A stretch of 64,000 nt of DNA from assembly GCA_963695345.1 (NCBI GenBank), contig OY968769.1, positions 2,446,441-2,510,440 of the forward strand, read 5' to 3'. This DNA comes from an uncultured Methanomassiliicoccales archaeon. GTDB lineage: Archaea; Thermoplasmatota; Thermoplasmata; Methanomassiliicoccales; UBA472. The notes under the pieces were generated by a model that was given only the letters and a program-made list of their open reading frames with translations, was not told the origin of the DNA and searched no databases. The first letter of the stretch is position 1. Every line of letters starts with the position of its first letter. The position numbers and the translations under genes were made by a program. This document shows positions 42,318 through 52,474 of this stretch, one piece after another.

Positions 42318-42488
42318 ACGACCACTGTTTAGGCTCTCGTCGTAGTTATATTGTATCCTCAAGTCAAAACGAGATTTTCATAGCTGCACGTCAGAAAACT
42401 CAATAACAGATAAGAATGGATGACTTCCGACGTTGAAGATCACTCCGCGGTCCTGCATTAGATACAGGTCCGAATATCGACTGGGATT

Positions 42489-42752
42489 TCAGGCGTACGT
42501 AATGTCGTTCATGGCATCTCTGATGATGTCCATCGTCTCCCGGATGAGAGGAACTCTGCCTTCGAGGACAAGCCTCCCATTGACGAATAGTGCCGGTGCC
42601 CGCGTCACCCCTCGCTCCCTGACCTCGATACCATCCTGGAGCTTGACGATCTCCGCATCCAGCTTCATTTCGTCGACCGCCTCATGAACGACCTGTTCCA
42701 GTTTCTTGCATTTGCCACAGGTGGATGTGAACACTTCGATTTTGACCGTCAT
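42489..42752 (-). CDS. small thioredoxin-like protein (Thioredoxin_3 family), paralog of 38656-38919
   Basis: MTVKIEVFTSTCGKCKKLEQVVHEAVDEMKLDAEIVKL...RAPALFVNGRLVLEGRVPLIRETMDIIRDAMNDITYA. Confidence 0.75.
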   Translation of the reverse strand: MTVKIEVFTSTCGKCKKLEQVVHEAVDEMKLDAEIVKLQDGIEVRERGVTRAPALFVNGRLVLEGRVPLIRETMDIIRDAMNDITYA

Positions 42753-42858
42753 GGGTAACTCTCCGACCTCATAAATGGGAGCATCAGGTTCATGTACTCT
42801 CGCATAGGCGTTTCCAAATAACATATTAAGGCCAGATACTCCAGGTACCCTTATACGG

Positions 42859-44622
42859 TCACTCGTTCCTTGATTCCTCGTTCCTGGTCTCCATTGACCT
42901 GGAGAGTGCTGCTGCAACCCGATCATACCTCCGGTCGATGACGTCCCATGCCAACCAGGACACGATGATCACACCAATCACCAACTCAAACGAGGAGACC
43001 GGCAATCCCTGATAGGAGGGCAGCAGCGGGAATATCAGGAGGATTAGCAAGACGAAAGAAATGGCCGAGCCGATGTTCATGAAGAGACGGTAGGTGCGGA
43101 GCATTGCCGCAAGGCTATGCTTCCCTTCAGCATTGGAGGACATAGCCAGGGTGATCGCGATCACGCTAATCCGCTTCACCAGATGGATCATTGCCGGGAT
43201 AATTACGCTCAGAGCGATTATGAGCTGCACCAGAGAAGCTATCGATTCGTTCCCAGTTGTCGCATGGACATATTCCTCGATGATCGTAATCAGATCCAGT
43301 GCCAGAAGGGTTGCTATTATGATCACGAAATCGATGAATATGAGATATATCTGCTTCCGAACGGTCAAACGGACCTTTGAGGAATGTGCCATCCTTTCCC
43401 CGGCTTCGAGACGGGATTCCTCCACGATGGTCAAGTCCCCGATTATCTTGGTCGGTATCTTGCCTAAAAACCAGTTGAAGATCCTCGGAGAGGACCGAGA
43501 AATGTATGGGAGCAGAACCATCGTGATGACTGCTGCGCCGATCACTGAAGAATAGATATCCGTGCCGATCAGCTCCCCATCCAGGGCCACCTTCGCAACC
43601 ACGAAAGTGAACTCCCCCATGGCGACCATACTGGTGGCGATCAGGAAGCTGGAGCGGGCCTTGAAGTTCGCTGCATAACAACCAATTATTATGCTAGTCA
43701 TCTTTCCCACGATGAAAATCGCCGCCACCATCATGGCCAGGGGGAGGCCAGTCCACATCAGCTCAGGGTCTAATTGCAGGCCGATGGAGATGAAGAATAT
43801 GGCCATGAACATCTCCTTCATCGGCTCAACTTTCCTCTCCACTACGTTGCAGCACGTGGACTGTGAGATCAATATACCAGCTAGGAAAGCACCTATGGCG
43901 ACAGAAAGGCCGAGGGCGCTGGAGATCAATGAAAGGCCAAACCCGATCCCCACTGCCACCAGGAACAGGGTTTCACCCGAGTAATGTGTGTTAACCCAGT
44001 CCATAAATCTTGGGAGCACGGCGAGTCCCATGACGAATGTTATCCCTATGAATGAGACGACTATGATGAGTGTTTCGATCAAGGAGGATGAGGTCGTACC
44101 GCCTATGATAGGGGTTGCCAGTGCCAGAATGACGATCAGCCCGATATCTTCCATGATAAGGATTCCTGTGACCGCCTTGGACAACTTCCCCTGCATGTGT
44201 TCGTTGTCTTTCATCACTCCCAGGACGACTGCCGTGCTGGCACAAGAGATGGTGACGCCGAGGAACAAAGCCTGGGCGCTGTCCATTCCCAGTCCCAGAC
44301 CGAGCCCATAACCGATCACGACCATCATGGTCATCTCAATGGCGACGATGATTGCCGCATATGACGCTACATTCTTCAGACCCCGGAGGTTGAGCTCCAG
44401 GCCGATGAAGAACATCAACAGAACGATACCCATGCTAGCGAAGACGGTCACGGTGGATTCTTGAATGACGACTTCGGGGAATATGTGAGGTCCGAGAAGG
44501 AAGCCAGCAATCAGATAACCGATGATCGTGGGCAGCTTCAGTTTCTTGAGGACTATGGAACATACGCCTGCCGCTATCAGCATCAAAGTGATGTCGAACA
44601 GTAGGACGGTCTCGGCGCTCAT
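42859..44622 (-). CDS. cation:proton antiporter (CPA2/Kef-type Na+/H+ exchanger family)
   Basis: Intact 587-aa ORF with 12 or more TM helices and Na_H_exchanger-like motifs (IIGYLIAGFLLGP, LLMFFIGLELNL, ILIMEDIGLIVILA). Confidence 0.8.
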   Translation of the reverse strand: MSAETVLLFDITLMLIAAGVCSIVLKKLKLPTIIGYLIAGFLLGPHIFPEVVIQESTVTVFASMGIVLLMFFIGLELNLRGLKNVASYAAIIVAIEMTMMVVIGYGLGLGLGMDSAQALFLGVTISCASTAVVLGVMKDNEHMQGKLSKAVTGILIMEDIGLIVILALATPIIGGTTSSSLIETLIIVVSFIGITFVMGLAVLPRFMDWVNTHYSGETLFLVAVGIGFGLSLISSALGLSVAIGAFLAGILISQSTCCNVVERKVEPMKEMFMAIFFISIGLQLDPELMWTGLPLAMMVAAIFIVGKMTSIIIGCYAANFKARSSFLIATSMVAMGEFTFVVAKVALDGELIGTDIYSSVIGAAVITMVLLPYISRSSPRIFNWFLGKIPTKIIGDLTIVEESRLEAGERMAHSSKVRLTVRKQIYLIFIDFVIIIATLLALDLITIIEEYVHATTGNESIASLVQLIIALSVIIPAMIHLVKRISVIAITLAMSSNAEGKHSLAAMLRTYRLFMNIGSAISFVLLILLIFPLLPSYQGLPVSSFELVIGVIIVSWLAWDVIDRRYDRVAAALSRSMETRNEESRNE

Positions 44623-44894
44623 TCATTTATCCCTTTACTACCAGGTCAATACTGGCTTACTTGATATTTATTTCCGAGAGAACCCCGATGGGGCATAAGC
44701 GATCCATCCCAGACCAGAAAGCAAACCTTATGAAAATGGATTCTGGATCAAGCAATCCCTGGTTTGGAAGGCTAAGTACTGAGACAATGACCCAATGGCA
44801 ATGGCCGATTACCTAGGCTAGGTCAATCCTCCTGAGGTTGCGCAACTTGCGAAACAGACCATGTTTGAATTCTTGCTGTTTTGCAGACCGTCCC

Positions 44895-46850
44895 TTATAC
44901 CGGGTCACCGCTTGCCCTGGCGCAAACCTTGATCCAATTCGAGCTTTTGTTGAGCAAGACGGAATCCTTGCTCTGTCCTCCCTCGTAGGCTTCCACCATG
45001 ACCTTGACGTCCTTGGCGCCGGCCAAGGCCGCTCGGTCCATCACATAAGTGGTGGCCATCTCCTTGGCCCGCAGGACGGCATCCTCCTGGGTATCGAATT
45101 TCTGGGGATCGGTTATGGAGGAGAAGATCCAGAAGTGACTGCCCCTGGGATATACCTGCAACGTGACCGATTCCGATACCTTGCTGCACACCGCCCCTAC
45201 CGCATTTCCCACATCCGCGTGGGGCGGAATGACCACCTTGACATCCAAACGCTTCTCCAGTTCCGGGACGAAAATGTGCGCCGGTGCCCCTATGCCCACG
45301 ATCGGGCGGTCGAGCATCGCGTGGATGGACATGGTGCGGAAGCCTGCCGCTCCCAGGCTGGCACGGATCATATAGTCTAGAGAGCGGGAATTGGTGAGCT
45401 CTCCGGCCTCGTCATAGATCAGCTTCTTGATGATCTCGGCGCCCACTCGGGTCACCATCTCCGACATGAATATCTCAATGAACGCCGCTGGAGTGACCCC
45501 CAGGCGGTTCGCGAATATCTCTATGCCTTCCATCGAAGCATCCACATCTCCCGACACGTAGACCCCCTTCGCGTGCATGATATCGGTTGGCGTGAGCCCG
45601 GTCTGGGAGATGTAACCCTTGGCCTTCAGCGATTTGATGTTCTCGGGCACATAGGTACGGTCCTCCAGCGCGTCATGCAGCTCGTAGAGCGTGCAGAGCC
45701 CGAACGTCTTGATGTAATCGTACACCAGCGCATCCTCCCAGCACAGCCCGGAAGGGTCCCTTTCGTACCAGGTATAGAACGTGGTGATCCTGGTCGTCTT
45801 GATCTTCTCCAGAACATACGGGTTCCGTTTTGAGGCGACCGCTAGAGGGGTCACTCTGTCCGGCCCGATCTCGATACGCCCATGGCTGTCCATCTGGACG
45901 TCCGAATCGCCTCCGAGCCCGCTGGTCCAAATGTCGATGGCCCTCACCCGGGTCCTCCAATTTCCCACCGTCGCCCCTTCCTTGGTTATCCGGGGAAATC
46001 CCTTGTCCAAGTAGGCGATGTCGGTGGAGGTCCCACCGATGTCCAGCACGATGCAGTTGTCCAGGCCCGATAGCAGGCGCCCGCCCATTAGGCTGGCGGC
46101 CGGTCCGGAGAGGATGGTCTCGACCGGCCTTTCCCTTGCCACGGAAATGCTCATCATCGATCCGTCACCCTTGAAGACCATTATCTGGCCCAATATGTTC
46201 CTCTTGCGAAGCGAGTTCTCGACACCGGTCAGGAACTCACCGATTATGGGGATGAGCTTGGCGTTCAAGATGGCGGTGACTGTCCTTTCCGCCACCCCAA
46301 GTTCCGATGTCAGGTCGTGACCCGCCACCACCAACCGGTCCGATTTCTCCAGGATCATTCTGCGGGCGATCTCCTCGTGCTCCGGGTTATGGACGCTGAA
46401 TATGCTGGATACGACGATCGCGTCCACGTTTCCGACCATCAGATTGATGGCGTGCTCCATCTGGAACATGTTCAAGGGTGCCTTTTCCCTTCCGCTTACC
46501 GTGTGCCCTCCCACGACCGAGTGTACCACCTTGGCTCCGAGATCGCATTCTGGGTCTGGGACCCATCCTATGCATATGAGGCCGACAGAACCTCCCTTCC
46601 CGGTCAGAATGGAATTGGTCGCCAATGTCGTGGAAAGACCTACCAGTTGAATCTCATCGACAGAGAATGTACCGGAGGAGAGAACACCGTCCACCGCCCC
46701 CAGCATCCCAATGGATAGGTCAGAATAGGTAGTCGGTGATTTTGAAGTGGCCAGGACCTTCATGGACCCCATATCCACGATGGCCGCATCGGTGAATGTT
46801 CCCCCAGTATCGATCCCTAGGCCTAGGGTCCTGTGACTTGCTGAAGCCAT
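44895..46850 (-). CDS. hydantoinase/oxoprolinase (HyuA-like) family protein
   Basis: LGLGIDTGGTFTDAAIV...ILSGPAASLMGG...LDIGGTSTDIAYL (ASKHA-fold ATP motifs of the hydantoinase A family). Intact. Confidence 0.75.
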   Translation of the reverse strand: MASASHRTLGLGIDTGGTFTDAAIVDMGSMKVLATSKSPTTYSDLSIGMLGAVDGVLSSGTFSVDEIQLVGLSTTLATNSILTGKGGSVGLICIGWVPDPECDLGAKVVHSVVGGHTVSGREKAPLNMFQMEHAINLMVGNVDAIVVSSIFSVHNPEHEEIARRMILEKSDRLVVAGHDLTSELGVAERTVTAILNAKLIPIIGEFLTGVENSLRKRNILGQIMVFKGDGSMMSISVARERPVETILSGPAASLMGGRLLSGLDNCIVLDIGGTSTDIAYLDKGFPRITKEGATVGNWRTRVRAIDIWTSGLGGDSDVQMDSHGRIEIGPDRVTPLAVASKRNPYVLEKIKTTRITTFYTWYERDPSGLCWEDALVYDYIKTFGLCTLYELHDALEDRTYVPENIKSLKAKGYISQTGLTPTDIMHAKGVYVSGDVDASMEGIEIFANRLGVTPAAFIEIFMSEMVTRVGAEIIKKLIYDEAGELTNSRSLDYMIRASLGAAGFRTMSIHAMLDRPIVGIGAPAHIFVPELEKRLDVKVVIPPHADVGNAVGAVCSKVSESVTLQVYPRGSHFWIFSSITDPQKFDTQEDAVLRAKEMATTYVMDRAALAGAKDVKVMVEAYEGGQSKDSVLLNKSSNWIKVCARASGDPV

Positions 46851-47135
46851 TTGTCTACACCTGTTAATGCTCCATTTCACAGAGGGATTCAATATACTTT
46901 CTAAAACTCATACGCCTAAGTCAGAAGACATTTCCGAAACGGTACTTCTTGGCCAGAAACATCATTTCATGAACATCGATCAAGGGGGGCATTCCGTGGG
47001 TAATTATGTCGTCGTTGATTTTCATTAAAATATTTTACTCATTTTAATATTATTAGGTCATCAAGAATGCCGCCTCATGTGAATGGCAAGATTACCTTTT
47101 TAAGGAGGCAGTCCAGTATTTAATATGACTCGGTT

Positions 47136-50039
47136 ATGAAACTAAGGACCAAGACCATCATCACATTGATCCCGATGGCCATTCTGTTCGTTCTCCTGAC
47201 GAACTCCCTAGGTTCCAGCATAATCGTCGGAGAAGCATTAAAAGAGGACAATGCCAGGGCTGAAGTGGCATCGAAAGAGATCAATCTCGGGCTTGATGAC
47301 AAGGTTTCCCAATTGGATATGTTCTGTGCCGACTGGGGCATTTGGGACGAAGCCTGGTACTTCGTCCAATTTCATAACTCTAGCTTCGCCGAGCAGGTCC
47401 TGAACCCAGATTCGATGTCGGCCGGCGATCTAGGCGCCCTCTTGTTCTATAATGTGACCGGAAAATTTGTCGATGGACTCGCCCTCGATAAGGTCAATGG
47501 CACTGTAATCGAGATTCCTGTAGACCTGCTTTCGATTATCGAGAATGATACGACCTTGCATTTGAGGACGGACATCGAAGATCATCGATTGGGAATTCTT
47601 TCCCTGGGGAACGGCACTGCCATGTTCTCATCAAGACCTGTGGTCAAGACCAGTATGATAGGTCCGCCGATGGGCAGCATCATCATGATCGTCTATGTTG
47701 ACGAGGATACGATATCCTCATTGTCGGCGCTGTATGGGGCAAAGCTCTCGCTAGGTTCAGACGTCCTGGACCAGGAGATGTTTGGCAACCTGGGAACCGA
47801 CAATGTGGTTATTGATATGCTGAACGATTCCACCATAGCTGCCTCCTGGTTTGTCCAGGACATCTATGGCCAGCCAGCGCTATCCCTAACGATTGACGTC
47901 CAAAGAACCGCCTTTTTGAACGTCCAGGATTCGACAGTATACATGAGCATCGCCGTTTTAGCGGCAGGCCTGGGCAATTTCTTTCTCATGCTGGTTTTCG
48001 TGGATAGGGGGATCCTATCGCACCTTCACAAGGTCATGGATGACATAAACGGGATTGGAACCGGAAAAAGGAAGGAAAGGCGGGTCCGGGTTATGGGGGA
48101 TGATGAGCTGAGGGACCTCAGCATACAGGTGAACGTCATGTTGGAGTCCCTTGACCGTTCGGACAAAGAAATGGTCCATAAGGAGAAGAAGTACAGGACC
48201 ATAGTGGAGGGCTCTTCGAACGCCATACTGATCGTAGGAAGGGAAGACCAGAGGATAATCGATGTGAACCCTGCCTTCCTTAAGATGACTGGAAAATCCG
48301 TGGAAATGCTTAACACCCTCAAGATCGGGGACGTCCTCATCACTCCGGAACAATGGTCCAGACCATCATCCCCTGATTCTTCCGCGGAAGAAGGGTACGG
48401 GTATATTATCCACACCGATTCGTCAACCTCGGAGGTGGAATTGAGCAGGTCCTCTCTTCTGCTGGATGGGACTGAGGTGGACTGCTATATCGCCAAGGAC
48501 GTGACCGAAAGGAGAAAGGCCGAGAGGGAGAAGGAATCGATACTGGACCAGCTCCAGAGGGCCAATGAGAAGTTGGAGATCACCCTGAGGTCCATCGCCG
48601 ACGGTGTGATCACCATCGATGGCCAGGGAAACATCATTCTCGGTAACCGGGCGGCGGAAGAGATGATGGGCCGAAAGATGGATTCTATCACTGGCCATAG
48701 GATCAAGGAGGTCTTCGACCTTCCCGACAACCAATGGAAAACGATCACATCGATCACTTCCGGCGGTCCATTGAGGAACGAGACCCGGAATCCCGACGGT
48801 CTCAACTGGCTAATGGAGTACAACTTCACCACCTTGAGGGGTGAGAAGGACGAAGCGATAGGCAAGGTGTTCGTGTTCCGGGACATCTCGCAAAAGGTCA
48901 GGGCGGAGATCGCCGAGGCCAACGCCGACAGGCTAGAATCGATAGGTACATTGGCGGGAGGCATTGCCCACGATTTCAACAACCTGATGACCTCGGTCAT
49001 GGGCGAGATGTTCTTGCTGCGAGCGGAGATAGATCAAAGCGAGAATTCGATGAAAAGGTCGTTGGGCCGTATCGATGAGATGGAGACCGCCATGGACCGT
49101 GCCAAGTTCGTCGCCCAGGAACTGCTTTCCCTTTCAAAGGGCGGTTCGCCCATCCAGAAGCCTACGGTAGTAAAGGGGCTTCTAGAGGACACCGCCAGGC
49201 TCGCCTTCACCGGATCGAACCTGAACTGGATCTTGGAATGCCCCGAGGACCTGTGGGCCGCGAACATCGATTCCGGACAGATGAACCGGGCCTTCCTCAA
49301 CATACTCTTCAACGCCCAGGAGGCCAGCCCTACCGCGAGCACGGTGAGGATGGTCGCCCGTAATTTCGAAGGCGTCCCGCCCGGTCTAGCCAAAGGTAGA
49401 TATGTTGTACTCGATTTCATCGATCAGGGGGTCGGTATTCCGCCTGAGGTCTTACCAAGGATATTCGATCCTTACTTTACCACAAAGGAAACCGGTTCGG
49501 GCCTGGGCATGACAGTCACCTACAGCACGGTAAAGCGTCATGGCGGATCCATCGAGGTCGCATCGGAGGTAGGGAAAGGCACCCAGGTCACTATCTATAT
49601 CCCGGCGGTCATCGACAAGGTCGAGCCTCAGCCTCAGCACCTGAAGGCGATCAACGGTTCCGGTCGCATACTCATCATGGACGACGAGCAGTTCATCCTC
49701 GATGTAACTGGAGAGGTCCTTCAGGAGCTGGGTTATGAAGTCGATGTGGCCGCTGATGGGTTGGAGGCCTTGAAAAAGTACGAGAAGGCCATTAACGAAG
49801 AAAAACGGTTCGACGCGGTCATAATGGACCTTACCATCCCTGGTGGGATGGGGGGTAAGGAGACTATCTCCCGTCTCTTGGAAATGGACCCGAGGGCAAA
49901 GGCGATCGTCTCATCGGGATATTCGAACGATCCGGTCATGGCGAACTTCCGCGATTATGGATTCGCCGGGGTTGTGCCTAAGCCATACAGGATAGAGGAG
50001 CTCTCGCATACGCTCAAGAACGTTCTGGCCGGAAAATGA
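47136..50039 (+). CDS. hybrid sensor histidine kinase (extracytoplasmic sensor domain, PAS x2, HisKA, HATPase_c, C-terminal REC)
   Basis: Intact 967-aa ORF. TM1 then an about 250-aa extracellular region then TM2. Then PAS, IAHDFNNLMTSV (H-box), GSGLGMTV (G2), and RILIMDDEQFILD...IMDLTIPGGMGG (receiver). Confidence 0.85.
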   Translation: MKLRTKTIITLIPMAILFVLLTNSLGSSIIVGEALKEDNARAEVASKEINLGLDDKVSQLDMFCADWGIWDEAWYFVQFHNSSFAEQVLNPDSMSAGDLGALLFYNVTGKFVDGLALDKVNGTVIEIPVDLLSIIENDTTLHLRTDIEDHRLGILSLGNGTAMFSSRPVVKTSMIGPPMGSIIMIVYVDEDTISSLSALYGAKLSLGSDVLDQEMFGNLGTDNVVIDMLNDSTIAASWFVQDIYGQPALSLTIDVQRTAFLNVQDSTVYMSIAVLAAGLGNFFLMLVFVDRGILSHLHKVMDDINGIGTGKRKERRVRVMGDDELRDLSIQVNVMLESLDRSDKEMVHKEKKYRTIVEGSSNAILIVGREDQRIIDVNPAFLKMTGKSVEMLNTLKIGDVLITPEQWSRPSSPDSSAEEGYGYIIHTDSSTSEVELSRSSLLLDGTEVDCYIAKDVTERRKAEREKESILDQLQRANEKLEITLRSIADGVITIDGQGNIILGNRAAEEMMGRKMDSITGHRIKEVFDLPDNQWKTITSITSGGPLRNETRNPDGLNWLMEYNFTTLRGEKDEAIGKVFVFRDISQKVRAEIAEANADRLESIGTLAGGIAHDFNNLMTSVMGEMFLLRAEIDQSENSMKRSLGRIDEMETAMDRAKFVAQELLSLSKGGSPIQKPTVVKGLLEDTARLAFTGSNLNWILECPEDLWAANIDSGQMNRAFLNILFNAQEASPTASTVRMVARNFEGVPPGLAKGRYVVLDFIDQGVGIPPEVLPRIFDPYFTTKETGSGLGMTVTYSTVKRHGGSIEVASEVGKGTQVTIYIPAVIDKVEPQPQHLKAINGSGRILIMDDEQFILDVTGEVLQELGYEVDVAADGLEALKKYEKAINEEKRFDAVIMDLTIPGGMGGKETISRLLEMDPRAKAIVSSGYSNDPVMANFRDYGFAGVVPKPYRIEELSHTLKNVLAGK

Positions 50040-50303
50040 CCTTTGAATCCTGTGTCGGTCAATGCGTGCCATCCTCCTAGGAATAGGGCTGAGCAGGTTG
50101 AGAAGGAACACCGAATCCTCAAGAATCGAGCAACGGCAATCCATTAGTCTCGCTATTCAATCATGGAAACTGACATATGTTAGCCCTCCGAGCGCGTTTG
50201 GAAATCATTTCTCGAAGGCTGGATACAGACGTCGAGAATCCCGCTCAGGGTAGCATTCAAATGTAATGGCCGCATACCCCGGGCAAAGCGAGTTGAAGCG
50301 GTC

Positions 50304-50876
50304 TTGAGCAACGACACCACTGCTAATCCAGCCCCCCTTGGGCTGATGGGATTCGGACTGACGACCATACTGTTAAGCCTGAGCAATGCCGGCTACTTTG
50401 CGCTGGGAGCAGCCATCCTGACCATGGGATTGTTCTTCGGCGGAGCGGCCCAGATATTGGCTGGCATCATGGAGTACAAGAAAGGGAATACCTTCGGAAT
50501 GACCGTGTTCTGCAGTTTCGGGTTCTTCTGGATTGTTGTCATCAGCACCATACTGGCCCCAACGCTCGGACTGGTGGCCAAGGCCGAGACCGCCCAGGCA
50601 ATGGCATGGCTCTTCTTCCTCTGGGGTGTCTACGTAGTGTATCTCACGATCGGCACTCTCCGTACCAACCGGATGATGCAATTCACCTTTGCCGCCCTCG
50701 CACTTGTGCTATTCCTGCTGTCCGCTGCGGATGCCCTAGCAAGCACCGACATCAAGAACCTGGCCGGTTACGTCGGCATCCTCGCCGGTGCCGGAGCGGT
50801 GTACATGGCTGCTTCCCACGTCCTCCAGGAGTCCCTGGGTAAGAGCGTGCTACCACTGTTCGCGGTCAAAAAGTAG
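50304..50876 (+). CDS. satP: acetate/succinate uptake transporter (GPR1/FUN34/YaaH, SatP family)
   Basis: NPAPLGLMGFGLTTILLSLSNAGY, the family signature, with 6 TM helices. Intact. Confidence 0.85.
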   Translation: MSNDTTANPAPLGLMGFGLTTILLSLSNAGYFALGAAILTMGLFFGGAAQILAGIMEYKKGNTFGMTVFCSFGFFWIVVISTILAPTLGLVAKAETAQAMAWLFFLWGVYVVYLTIGTLRTNRMMQFTFAALALVLFLLSAADALASTDIKNLAGYVGILAGAGAVYMAASHVLQESLGKSVLPLFAVKK

Positions 50877-51087
50877 GCTGAACCAGAAAACCCGATGATA
50901 TTATGAGGCCAAATTCGGCCTCTCTCTTTCTTCTTTCTCACTTCGGTTCTCTTACAACATTGCTGTCGATCTGACGGATTGAATGATTTGTTTTCATGAA
51001 CTCCCTTCCCAGTTCTCTTCCAGTCATCTCAATTCATCGAGAGGTGGTAAAATCATCCCCATCCGTTGATGATTACTAGGGGGCCCA

Positions 51088-51351
51088 TCATTCAGGCTTC
51101 TTGGAGTAGCCCGTGTCTGTGGCAATGGCAGTCGGGGCAACGAAGTAGACCGAGTACTCTCGATCTCCCGCCAGTTGGTTGGCGAGGATCTCCACCTCCG
51201 ATTCTGTCGAGGCGACCGCGATGACCTGCTGGTCCAGGACAGCTATCCAATCCCTGGCATGATCCTGCATGAGGTCGATGTAATTCGCCTTGAACCATTC
51301 ATCATTGGTCAGATCTGCCTCGCTCTCGATCATCTCATCATCTTCTGCCAT
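51088..51351 (-). CDS. small acidic hypothetical protein (DUF5678-like)
   Basis: 87 aa. ...DWIAVLDQQVIAVASTESEVEILANQLAGDREYSVYFVAP resembles the DUF5678 pattern. Weak assignment. Confidence 0.4.
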   Translation of the reverse strand: MAEDDEMIESEADLTNDEWFKANYIDLMQDHARDWIAVLDQQVIAVASTESEVEILANQLAGDREYSVYFVAPTAIATDTGYSKKPE

Positions 51352-51567
51352 ATCGATCTACCTCTGTGTTTCTATTGCATTCTCTGGCATTTATTCTTTC
51401 TTAGCAATGCCATTTCGGTAGCGTTCTCGAACGGAGTTGGACCAGACTCTATTGGATAGGCAATATGTACTGTCGATTCCGAACAAACTGTTTTAAAAAG
51501 ATCGGATCGGAGGTCCGGACCAAGTTACAATTACCACCCGCTCTGACGCGTTTCTGGAGGCACAACC

Positions 51568-51883
51568 ATGAACGAATATGAGAAGACCCTAAATGAGATC
51601 AAAGCCGCCATCGGAATCGTGCCTGGGTTCATGAAAGCATTGCCAGAGGATGTCCCTGATCCATAATCGGCCCCTTTGGAAGAGATACTCCTTGGGAGAG
51701 ACAGAGATGCCGACCAAGTACCGAGAACTAATGGGGCTATCGGTCGCAGCCAACATTAAATGCTCCTACTGTGCGTTCCTTCACACCGCCATGGATGGCC
51801 GGGGCCAACGATGCGGAGATCGCAGAGACCACGTTCCTGGCCAGTCTGACCGCGAGATGGAGCACTATGCTGCATGCCCAATA
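51568..51883 (+). CDS. carboxymuconolactone decarboxylase (AhpD-like) family protein, frameshifted
   Basis: MNEYEKTLNEIKAAIGIVPGFMKALPEDV..., then after a frameshift LWKRYSLGETEMPTKYRELMGLSVAANIKCSYCAFLHTAM (the CxxC..H AhpD motif). Confidence 0.6.
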
Positions 51884-52474
51884 ATACGAAATCAAGACCT
51901 TGGAGAAAGAGGGGGAACAGATAGGGGAAATTCCTGTCCAATAATAAGTGAAAATCTGTTCCTTTGTTTCCCGATTATCCAGAGGAGAATAGTGTTGGCC
52001 TCACCTGCGGGGCCTCCATTCCACATAGTTACCATGGGTCCGGTCCGGACTGACCTTGCACAGTTCCTTTCTGGCGGCCGAACAGCTCCGGAAGAACAGG
52101 CAGCTGCTGCAGGACCGTACCACTACAGGTTCTGAGTCAACTCGATGACCGGTTCTTTTCAAATGCCTCGGAGATGCTTCCACGTTCTCGCCCTCTTGGA
52201 GGGCAAAAATCGGCTCTCTAGGTATATGCGGTCTTTTCGCCAATTATCAGCAACAATAATAGCAGGCCATCTCTTGGGCCGGTACTGTGCAATCTGAATG
52301 TTCTGGGGGCTCCTGGGCCTCGGAATCCGTTCCATCGCACGAGAGCTGAAAAGATGTCGCATTCATTGGACCAGATAGCCACTTATTGGCTTTCTATCTC
52401 AGTTCAATGAATGGGAGGGGTGCGGGATCTCGATCGGATGGAATGAGTTCATTCAGCCAATTTGGCGATGTTCA

